IMG/VR virus record: IMGVR_UViG_648276656_000005 | Length of the DNA stretch: 7,258 nucleotides | Strand: one strand, 5' to 3' | From: a virus | Lineage: Duplodnaviria > Heunggongvirae > Uroviricota > Caudoviricetes | Shown here: piece after piece, positions 1-6,343 of the stretch | Position numbering within the stretch: the first letter of the stretch is position 1 | Layout: each line of letters opens with the position of its first letter | The notes under the pieces: model-generated | Told to the model about the DNA's origin: nothing | The model's database searches: none | Seen by the model: the letters and a program-made list of their open reading frames with translations, nothing else | Program-made: the position numbers and the translations under genes

Positions 1-2
1 CA

Positions 3-26
3 CCCCGGGGGGGGCACCCCCCCCGC
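3..26. repeat. GC homopolymer dyad (G8 at 7-14 and C8 at 17-24, flanked by C4) upstream of the M ribosome-binding site
   Basis: Read directly: ccccggggggggcacccccccc. The G8 and C8 runs are mutually complementary and could form a very stable hairpin in RNA. It lies just upstream of GGAGAG (34-39) and the ATG at 45. Confidence 0.35.
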
Positions 27-44
27 CTGTAACGGAGAGAAAAA

Positions 45-845
45 ATGATTACTCCTGCACAGCAACACTGGCAGAACGTGATGGCACAGCGCGCAGGCCG
101 GGCGAATGAAGGCGTGGACCACGCCGCGCGTACCGCGCATGAAGAGGTGCTGTATCGTCTGCGTCTGGCACAGGCCCGGCTTAAGGGCGTACAGGCCAGA
201 AGCGCCAAAGCCGCCATCAAAAAAGAGTTGTTGCCGGACTTTTCCGGCTGGATTGAGGGAACACTGGAGGCTGACGGCGGGCAGCAGGATGAAGTGATTG
301 CCATGCTGATGGTGTGGGCGATTGACTGCGGCGATCTTCCGCTGGCGCTGCGTATTGGTGCATATGTGGTCCGTCACAACCTCATCATGCCGGATAACTT
401 TGGACGTACTGCTGCTACGGTACTGACCGAAGAAATCTGCAACCCGGTACTGACGCAGGCCGGGACGGATGCCGACGCGGATTTGTCCGCCTTTATCGAA
501 CCACTGGATACCCTCCGGGAGATTGTCACCGACCAGGACATGCCGGACGAAGTGCGCGCCAAATTATGCAAGGCGTGCGCCTTTGCCCGTCGTGGCCTGA
601 CCGATGCGGACAGCATGGCCTCATCACTGAAGCTGCTGCGCGAAGCGATGCACCTGAACCCGAACGCAGGTGTGAAACGCGAGATTGCAACCCTTTCCCG
701 CGCCCTGAAAAAAGCCGATTCCGCAGCCGCACCAGAAGATGCCAGCACACCGCAGGCGCAGGACGAAAGCAGCAAAAGTAAAAAGACAACGCGGAAGCCT
801 GCAACACGAAAAACCACCGCGACGCAGAAGGCGAAACGCGGTTAA
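45..845 (+). CDS. M: Terminase small (endonuclease) subunit, P2 gpM family
   Basis: 266-aa ORF with ATG at 45 preceded by GGAGAG; the translation (MITPAQQHWQNVMAQRAG...) resembles P2 gpM as I recall it; sits immediately upstream of the L-X-lysis genes as in P2. C-terminal about 40 aa is a Lys/Thr/Ala-rich low-complexity tail. Confidence 0.8.
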   Translation: MITPAQQHWQNVMAQRAGRANEGVDHAARTAHEEVLYRLRLAQARLKGVQARSAKAAIKKELLPDFSGWIEGTLEADGGQQDEVIAMLMVWAIDCGDLPLALRIGAYVVRHNLIMPDNFGRTAATVLTEEICNPVLTQAGTDADADLSAFIEPLDTLREIVTDQDMPDEVRAKLCKACAFARRGLTDADSMASSLKLLREAMHLNPNAGVKREIATLSRALKKADSAAAPEDASTPQAQDESSKSKKTTRKPATRKTTATQKAKRG

Positions 846-861
846 CGACTGACCCCGTCAG

Positions 862-932
862 CGGGCGGCGTGCGCGGTGTTCCGGTTTGACTCCGTGACC
901 GTTTACACCGCACACCCACCGCCCGATTTTTT
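862..932 (+). terminator. Imperfect GC-rich dyad followed by a T6 run in the M-L intergenic spacer (candidate intrinsic terminator or attenuator)
   Basis: Read directly: CGGGCGG (862-868) pairs with CCGCCCG (919-925); inner arms GCGGTGT (874-880) and ACACCGC (905-911); followed by A then TTTTTT (927-932), immediately upstream of the L RBS AGGAG (934-938). Function is not established. Confidence 0.3.
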
Positions 933-946
933 CAGGAGTGAACCCC

Positions 947-1441
947 ATGAGTATGGTTGCCAGAACCAACCCCGGCCCCGCAGAGGACGACATCACCGAT
1001 ACCGATGATGGTGATACCCGTATTTCAGCGGGCGCATTCTGGCCGGATATTGTGCTGCGTGAGCTGCGTCTGGCGATACGACTGCCGGGCCGTGTGACCA
1101 CCTCCCGCCTGCTGCATACCGCCACCGGGGCCGTGGCACACGTTACCCGCGAGCTGGAAGCGTGGCAGCAGGAACAGCAGGCGGCTGGCCATCAGACGCT
1201 GGCCGATGTTCCGGCACCCGTAATTAACGGAGAAAGCGTCAATCTCTGGCGCTGGCGCAATGCTGTTTATACCGCCACACGCGCCCTGATTCTGGAGCGT
1301 TACCGCGATGCGGACACAACGGACAAGGGCGACCGCCGGGCGGACGCACTGGATATACAGACATCGGATTTGTGGCGCGATGTGAGCTGGGCCATCTCTG
1401 ACATTCTGTGCCGCCCGCGAATCTTTGCGGAGTTGTGCTGA
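947..1441 (+). CDS. L: Head completion/stabilisation protein, P2 gpL family
   Basis: ORF in the track starts at GTG 938; the ATG at 947 has a well-spaced AGGAG (934-938), so 947 is preferred. The product (…FWPDIVLRELRLA…LWRDVSWAISDI…) resembles P2 gpL; position after M matches P2 synteny. Confidence 0.8.
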   Translation: MSMVARTNPGPAEDDITDTDDGDTRISAGAFWPDIVLRELRLAIRLPGRVTTSRLLHTATGAVAHVTRELEAWQQEQQAAGHQTLADVPAPVINGESVNLWRWRNAVYTATRALILERYRDADTTDKGDRRADALDIQTSDLWRDVSWAISDILCRPRIFAELC

Positions 1442-1641
1442 TGAAAGTGAAGGCACTGGAAGGCGACACCGTGGATTCGCTCTGTTTCCGGTACTACGGC
1501 ACGACGCAGGGCGTCACCGAAAAGGTGCTGGATGCCAACCCCGGACTCTGTCAGCAGGTATTTCTGGACGCCGGGCAGGAAGTGGAGATGCCGGAGCCGG
1601 AGAAGAAGAAACGAGAAATGATTCAGTTGTGGGGGGAGTAG
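1441..1641 (+). CDS. X: Tail protein X (small LysM-like protein), P2 gpX family
   Basis: ATG at 1441 shares one base with the L stop (TGATG); 66 aa, MKVKALEGDTVDSLCFRYYGTTQGV…NPGL, resembling P2 gpX. The track ORF from 1408 is an in-frame upstream extension that overlaps L. Confidence 0.8.
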   Translation: MKVKALEGDTVDSLCFRYYGTTQGVTEKVLDANPGLCQQVFLDAGQEVEMPEPEKKKREMIQLWGE

Positions 1642-1643
1642 CA

Positions 1644-1967
1644 GTGAGCACCATTCAAACAGGGATCACAGAGCAGGTTATTGCATGGCTCTTTGACCAC
1701 CTGCCAACGGTGTATGCAGTAGGCGCGGCGGTCAGCATTTCCGCGCTGATGAGTCTTTATGACGGACGAACACTGGTTCAGACCGTAACGGGATCGCTGG
1801 CGTGCGGCGTTCTTGCCATGGCCGTGGCCGGGTCGTTGCGCTTCTTCGGTTTTCCTGAAGATGCCGTGACGTTTATCGGCGCATCAATCGGTTTTATGGG
1901 GGCAGAGAAAGCACGCGACAAGGTTATTGCGGCCTTTAATCGCAGGGTGAAGGAGAAGGACGAATGA
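1644..1967 (+). CDS. Holin (predicted three-transmembrane class I type)
   Basis: GTG start at 1644, three nt after the X stop and preceded by GGGGGGAG; 107 aa with three hydrophobic segments and a charged C-terminal tail (EKARDKVIAAFNRRVKEKDE); sits immediately upstream of the endolysin with an overlapping stop/start. The holin call rests on position and topology, not on a recognised family match. Confidence 0.65.
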   Translation: MSTIQTGITEQVIAWLFDHLPTVYAVGAAVSISALMSLYDGRTLVQTVTGSLACGVLAMAVAGSLRFFGFPEDAVTFIGASIGFMGAEKARDKVIAAFNRRVKEKDE

Positions 1968-2356
1968 GCAACACATTTAAATTCAGCAGCCGGAGCGAAA
2001 AGAATTTGCAGGGCGTAAATCCTGATCTGGTGAAAGTGACCCGACGGGCACTGGAAATTTCGGAAGTGGATTTTGGTATCACCGAAGGGTTGCGCAGCCG
2101 TTACCGCCAGAAGCAACTTGTGGCCACAGGTAAGAGCCAGACCATGAACAGCCGCCACCTTACGGGACATGCCGTGGATGTTGTGGCTTATATCGGCAGC
2201 CAGGTGTCATGGGAATGGCCGCTGTACGAAAAAATCGCAGCCGCATTCAGACAGGCCAGCCGGGAACTGAATATTCCGGTGGAATGGGGCGGCGACTGGA
2301 AGACCCTGAAAGACGGACCGCATTTTCAGTTACCACACGGAGCCTATCCGGCATGA
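1964..2356 (+). CDS. Endolysin, zinc peptidase M15-like (L-alanyl-D-glutamate peptidase type)
   Basis: 130 aa; ATG overlaps the holin stop (ATGA); preceded by AGGAGAAGGA. Contains SRHLTGHAVDV (H-x6-D) and a downstream His in GPHFQLPHG, the zinc-ligand pattern of M15/LAS peptidase endolysins. It does not look like a P2 gpK-type lysozyme. Confidence 0.8.
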   Translation: MSNTFKFSSRSEKNLQGVNPDLVKVTRRALEISEVDFGITEGLRSRYRQKQLVATGKSQTMNSRHLTGHAVDVVAYIGSQVSWEWPLYEKIAAAFRQASRELNIPVEWGGDWKTLKDGPHFQLPHGAYPA

Positions 2357-2760
2357 AGCTCTGGCCAACGCTTGGCGTCGCTTTCCTTCTGATTGCCGGA
2401 TGGGGAACATCCATGCGTCTGTCATGGTCGCTGGGCCGGGAGAACGCCAGAAACGAAGCGCAGGCCAGCACCCTGAAACGTACCGCCGACACCCTGAATA
2501 TCATCAGCGCCGGGGTACAGGATATGCAGCAGGTGCTGGCGCAACTCCGCGTGGAAAATCAGCAACGCAATCAGGACGGAGAGGCAAGACGTGAACAGCT
2601 ACGCAACGATATTGCAAAAGATGAATGCGCCCACGCTTTGCCTGACGCTCGTTTTACTGACAGGCTGCGCAGGCACGCAGAACGCGCTACGGCCAGCGCC
2701 GTCAGTCCGGCTTATACCGCAGACGTTGACCATACCGGTAACGCCTCCCCCCTTCCCTGA
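2353..2760 (+). CDS. lysB: Inner-membrane spanin (Rz-like, P2 LysB equivalent)
   Basis: ATG at 2353 overlaps the endolysin stop (ATGA); 135 aa with an N-terminal transmembrane segment (LWPTLGVAFLLIAGWG) followed by a charged, Gln/Arg-rich probable coiled-coil region. The track ORF from 2209 is an in-frame upstream extension inside the endolysin. Confidence 0.75.
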   Translation: MKLWPTLGVAFLLIAGWGTSMRLSWSLGRENARNEAQASTLKRTADTLNIISAGVQDMQQVLAQLRVENQQRNQDGEARREQLRNDIAKDECAHALPDARFTDRLRRHAERATASAVSPAYTADVDHTGNASPLP

Positions 2761-2911
2761 CACTCCCACATGGGGAAATCTCGGTATATGGGGCGACCGC
2801 CTTCTGGATGCACTGGAAACCTGTAACGCGGATAAACGGGCCATTGAATTACTGGAACAGCGCAGGCTGCAACGACTGAACAACGAGGACAACAACCATG
2901 CTGAAAACTGA
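2621..2911 (+). CDS. lysC: Outer-membrane lipoprotein spanin (Rz1-like, P2 LysC equivalent), overlapped architecture
   Basis: Lies in a different frame from the Rz gene, starts inside it and runs 151 nt past its stop; signal peptide with lipobox LLTG-C (MNAPTLCLTLVLLTGCAG) followed by a proline-rich segment (PVTPPPFPDTP). Start is ambiguous: ATG 2621 (96 aa) or in-frame GTG 2591 with GAGG upstream. The 3' end overlaps the R start by 14 nt. Confidence 0.7.
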   Translation: MNAPTLCLTLVLLTGCAGTQNALRPAPSVRLIPQTLTIPVTPPPFPDTPTWGNLGIWGDRLLDALETCNADKRAIELLEQRRLQRLNNEDNNHAEN

Positions 2912-3365
2912 TTCCCTGCGTGAAGCCATGACCCGTTCATGCCGATGGTGTCAGGCCAACCCGGAAAAATTCACCATTTTCGTGGAGAGCGGCAACATTG
3001 AAACGACCGGAGAAACGCCCTCGTTTGTTTACCGCTATCAGATGGTGATGTTTATCATGGATTACGCCGGGGAGCTGGACGACCTCACGTTGCCGCTACT
3101 GGCGTGGTTATCCGAAAATCAGCCACAGTTGTTGCTCAATCCGGAGCGTAATCAGGACATCAAATTTTCCGCCGTTATCAATGACGATGACAGCGCCGAT
3201 CTCCTGTTTACGCTCCCCCTGCGGGAACGCGTTCGCATTACGCGCAACAGTCAGGGCACACCGCAGGCAGAACACCTGCCGGAGCCAAAACCCCGTCTGC
3301 CCTCTTCCGAAGGCGACTGGTCACATGTATTCCAGGATGTGACGTGGGGTGAAAGCGATGGATAA
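2898..3365 (+). CDS. R: Tail completion protein, P2 gpR family
   Basis: 155 aa, the size I recall for P2 gpR; the translation (MLKTDSLREAMT…LPLLAWLSENQPQ…) resembles gpR; position after the lysis genes matches P2 synteny. Confidence 0.8.
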   Translation: MLKTDSLREAMTRSCRWCQANPEKFTIFVESGNIETTGETPSFVYRYQMVMFIMDYAGELDDLTLPLLAWLSENQPQLLLNPERNQDIKFSAVINDDDSADLLFTLPLRERVRITRNSQGTPQAEHLPEPKPRLPSSEGDWSHVFQDVTWGESDG

Positions 3366-3993
3366 GGCATTCACCCGTGTGGATGAAACCTTTGAGGCCA
3401 TCCGCGACAGCCTGAATCAGCAGGCCATCAATAACATCGCCAGAAAGCTGGCACAGGATTTACGCCGCGCCCAGCAGGCACGTATCCGGTCACAGAAAGC
3501 GCCGGACGGGACCGCGTGGACACCTCGCAGACGCCGCGTAACCCGGATACAGGAGCGCATTCGCTTTATCTGGAATAACGAAGCACGCACGCTGAAAAAC
3601 TGGCATCACGACACGGGGAAATACGGGCGAACCATTACCGGGTGGGATGAGGATAAAAACAATATCCGCACGTTTTACCGGGATGACATCGACCGTTTTC
3701 TGGAAATACGCACCCGGCGCATCAACCAGGACAGCACAAAGCGCGTCCCCATGTTCGTAAAACTGCGCACCGCCCGCTACCTGAAAGCCCGTGCAGATAC
3801 TTCCGGTGTGACGGTGGGTTACAGCGGCGTGGCCGCACGTATTGCACGCGTTCATCAGTTCGGTGAGCGCGATCAGGTTGCGCCGGGCATTTTCACCGAT
3901 TACCCGGTACGTGAGCTGCTGGGTATCAGCCAGGCAGATGAGCGCCTGATTTATAACACGGTGCTGGGCCGGATTGCGGAGGCTGTACGGTGA
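3358..3993 (+). CDS. S: Tail completion/virion morphogenesis protein, P2 gpS family, apparently extended
   Basis: ATG at 3358 overlaps the R stop (in-frame GTG at 3349 is the track start); 211 aa; contains PDGTAWTP and VHQFGE segments that resemble conserved motifs of the phage tail S family as I recall them. Longer than the roughly 150 aa I recall for P2 gpS. Confidence 0.75.
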   Translation: MDKAFTRVDETFEAIRDSLNQQAINNIARKLAQDLRRAQQARIRSQKAPDGTAWTPRRRRVTRIQERIRFIWNNEARTLKNWHHDTGKYGRTITGWDEDKNNIRTFYRDDIDRFLEIRTRRINQDSTKRVPMFVKLRTARYLKARADTSGVTVGYSGVAARIARVHQFGERDQVAPGIFTDYPVRELLGISQADERLIYNTVLGRIAEAVR

Positions 3994-4571
3994 GCGCAGA
4001 ACTCATGCGACTGCTGAGCAACATCATTCGCACCGGGATCATCTCTGAAGTTGATGAGAAGTCCTGGCGCGTGCGCGTTCGCAGCGGCGAACTGGAAACA
4101 GGCTGGTTGCGCTGGAACACCACGCGCGCGGGAGCCTTCAATGTGTGGCTGCCGCCATCACCAGGCGAACAGGTGGTAATTGCCTGCATTGGCGGCAACC
4201 CGGAAACCGCCATGATAATTGGCAGCCTGTGGAGTGATGCCATTCCGGCCCCCGGCAAAAGCCTGAAAGAAATCGTGGTCAGCGCGCCGGATGGCGCGGT
4301 GTTCCGCTACGACGCGGCCGCAGGCGCACTGAGCGCCAGCGGCATGAAAACAGCCACCCTGCAGGCATCCGTCAGCGTGACACTGGACACGCCCGTCGTG
4401 GAATGCACAGACCTTCTGAGAACGGCGACACTTGACGTCACAAAAGGGGGAAAGATGAGCGGCAATATCACGCACAGCGGCGGCAATTTCACCTCAAACG
4501 GCATCACAGTGCATACGCATAAACACGGTGGCGTTAAAGGTGGCAGCGATTCGACAGGAGGCCCGCAGTGA
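3990..4571 (+). CDS. V: Baseplate assembly/spike protein, P2 gpV family
   Basis: GTG at 3990 overlaps the S stop (GTGA) and is preceded by GGAGG (3978-3982); 193 aa; NIIRTGIISEV near the N-terminus and a Gly-rich C-terminal region (ITVHTHKHGGVKGG) resemble P2 gpV. Confidence 0.8.
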   Translation: MSAELMRLLSNIIRTGIISEVDEKSWRVRVRSGELETGWLRWNTTRAGAFNVWLPPSPGEQVVIACIGGNPETAMIIGSLWSDAIPAPGKSLKEIVVSAPDGAVFRYDAAAGALSASGMKTATLQASVSVTLDTPVVECTDLLRTATLDVTKGGKMSGNITHSGGNFTSNGITVHTHKHGGVKGGSDSTGGPQ

Positions 4572-4918
4572 CAACCCGCTACACAGGAATGAACCCGGAC
4601 GGAACGGGAAACCTGAACGATATGGAGCACCTGAAACAGTCAGTCAGGGACATCCTGACCACCCCGCTGGCCAGCCGGGTTATGCGACGGGAATATGGCA
4701 GCCTTGTGCCTGATTTGATTGACGAACCCATGAATAACACCACGCGTCTGCAATGCATGAGTGCTGCCGTGATTGCGCTGACACGATGGGAACCCCGCAT
4801 TGCCCTGGATGCCATCGACGTTGTCTGGAAAGCGGGAGGCCGCGCCGGGGTGACGCTGTCGGGCACTGTCATGCAGACCATGCAGAATGTTGAGTTAACC
4901 ATCACGCTGAGGGAGTAA
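4568..4918 (+). CDS. W: Baseplate wedge protein (gp25-like), P2 gpW family
   Basis: GTG at 4568 overlaps the V stop (GTGA) and is preceded by AGGAGG (4556-4561); 116 aa; the N-terminus (TTRYTGMNPDG) and overall size resemble P2 gpW. Confidence 0.8.
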   Translation: MTTRYTGMNPDGTGNLNDMEHLKQSVRDILTTPLASRVMRREYGSLVPDLIDEPMNNTTRLQCMSAAVIALTRWEPRIALDAIDVVWKAGGRAGVTLSGTVMQTMQNVELTITLRE

Positions 4919-4921
4919 ATC

Positions 4922-5818
4922 ATGCCCGCCGTTGACCTTTCCCAGTTACCGGACCCCGCCATCATCGCGGAGCCTGACTTTGAAGCAATTCTGGCTGACA
5001 CAAAAGCCATGATGATTGCGTCCTATCCCGCCGAACAGCGTGAAGCCGTTTCCGCCGCGCTGGAGCTGGAATCGGAACCCCTTAACGTTATCGCTCAAAC
5101 CATGTCGTTTCGTGAAATGCTGTTACGCCAGCGGGTTAATGAGGGCGCACGCGCCTGTATGTTAAGCCACGGTTCAGGGACAAACCTGGACAACCTCGCG
5201 GGCAATATGAACACAAAGCGCCTGGTTATCACTCCGGCAACGGATACCACCGACGCGGTGATGGAGAGCGACACCTCGCTGAGACTGCGGGCGCAGCGGG
5301 CGTACGACGGCCTGAGTGTTGCTGGCCCGTCAGGTGCATACGAGTATTTTGCCCGCAGCGCCAGCGGTCTGGTGCGTGATGCGCGGGCTATCAGTCCGTC
5401 TCCGGCAAATGTGACGGTTTCCATCCTGTCCACTGAAGGCGACGGCACGGCAACGGAGGCGTTGCTTAATACCGTTCGCGCCGTTCTGAATGCAGAGGAT
5501 ACCCGCCCGGTGGCCGACCGCCTGACCGTACAGAGCGCCAGCATCGTAACATGGCGGCTGAATGCAAAACTGTACTTTTACCCCGGTCCGGAATCCGAAC
5601 CTATTCTGGCCGCGGCGGAATCGTCATTCAGGAAGTGGCTGGTTGAACAGGGGCTTATCGGTCAGGACGTGGCGTTGTCCGCCATTGCTGCCGCACTTCA
5701 TGTACACGGCGTGCAACGCGTGGAGATAATCGAACCCACACAGAATATGGCCATCAGCGACATACAGGCGGCGCGCTGTGAGTCATTCACCATCAGCGAA
5801 GGTGGGCGTAATGAGTAA
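4922..5818 (+). CDS. J: Baseplate assembly protein, P2 gpJ family
   Basis: ATG at 4922 preceded by GAGGGAG; 298 aa, close to the roughly 300 aa I recall for P2 gpJ; follows W as in P2. Confidence 0.8.
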   Translation: MPAVDLSQLPDPAIIAEPDFEAILADTKAMMIASYPAEQREAVSAALELESEPLNVIAQTMSFREMLLRQRVNEGARACMLSHGSGTNLDNLAGNMNTKRLVITPATDTTDAVMESDTSLRLRAQRAYDGLSVAGPSGAYEYFARSASGLVRDARAISPSPANVTVSILSTEGDGTATEALLNTVRAVLNAEDTRPVADRLTVQSASIVTWRLNAKLYFYPGPESEPILAAAESSFRKWLVEQGLIGQDVALSAIAAALHVHGVQRVEIIEPTQNMAISDIQAARCESFTISEGGRNE

Positions 5819-6341
5819 TTCACTGTTACCGCCATCAGCCAGCAATTTCATGCGTTGTGCCGAAGCTGTCGGAACGCGCATTACAGACATCCCGGTAGAC
5901 CTCAACACGCTGTGGTCGCCGGACACCTGCCCGGTGCACCTGCTGCCTTATCTCGCCTGGGCATTTTCCGTTGACCGCTGGGATCGCAACTGGCCGGAAG
6001 AGACAAAACGACAGGTGATTCGTGATGCATGGCTGATACACCGACACAAGGGAACCATCAGCGCACTGCGCCGGGCCATTGAGCCTCTGGGATACCTCAT
6101 TCGTGTGTCTGAGTGGTGGGAGTTCGGCGGAGAACCGGGAACATTTACCGTTGAAGTGGGCACGCTGGACAGTGGCGTGACGGAGGAAATGTATCTGGAA
6201 ATGGAGCGGTTGATTGCTGATGCCCGCCCGGTCAGCCGCCACATGACAGGGCTGAATATCATTCAGGAGATCCCTGGAGATATTTTCGCGGCGGCAGCAA
6301 CTTACGACGGTGAAGTCATTACCATTTATCCGGACGATTAA
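5811..6341 (+). CDS. I: Baseplate protein, P2 gpI family
   Basis: ATG at 5811 overlaps the J 3' end by 8 nt; 176 aa, the size I recall for P2 gpI. The track ORF from 5778 is an in-frame upstream extension inside J. Confidence 0.8.
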   Translation: MSNSLLPPSASNFMRCAEAVGTRITDIPVDLNTLWSPDTCPVHLLPYLAWAFSVDRWDRNWPEETKRQVIRDAWLIHRHKGTISALRRAIEPLGYLIRVSEWWEFGGEPGTFTVEVGTLDSGVTEEMYLEMERLIADARPVSRHMTGLNIIQEIPGDIFAAAATYDGEVITIYPDD

Positions 6342-6343
6342 AC

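Noticed and set aside
874-911. GCGGTGT/ACACCGC dyad in the M-L spacer as an Ogr-type activator site
   Set aside because: The TGT and ACA are separated by 24 nt, not 12, so it does not fit the late-promoter dyad; kept only as part of the terminator-like structure.
374-1125. Minus-strand ORFs of 147 and 199 aa (374-817 and 526-1125) overlapping M and the M-L junction
   Set aside because: They lie fully antisense to a well-supported + strand gene, and their translations are low-complexity and Arg/Ser/Ala-rich, as expected for the reverse frame of GC-rich coding sequence. No RBS or start context was noticed.
1408-1440. In-frame upstream extensions of X (1408), Rz (2209) and I (5778), and the long 1425-1967 ORF as a single gene
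   Set aside because: The extensions overlap the preceding gene substantially and lack an RBS, whereas the internal starts (1441, 1644, 2353, 5811) sit at stop/start overlaps with good Shine-Dalgarno motifs and give product sizes matching the recalled families.
3807-3823. TGT-N11-ACA dyad inside the 3' part of S as a possible Ogr-type late promoter (P_V-like) upstream of V
   Set aside because: The spacing is 11 nt rather than the TGT-N12-ACA I recall for P2 late promoters, it lies about 170 nt upstream of V inside coding sequence, and I could not pair it with a convincing -10 element. Noted as unresolved rather than called.
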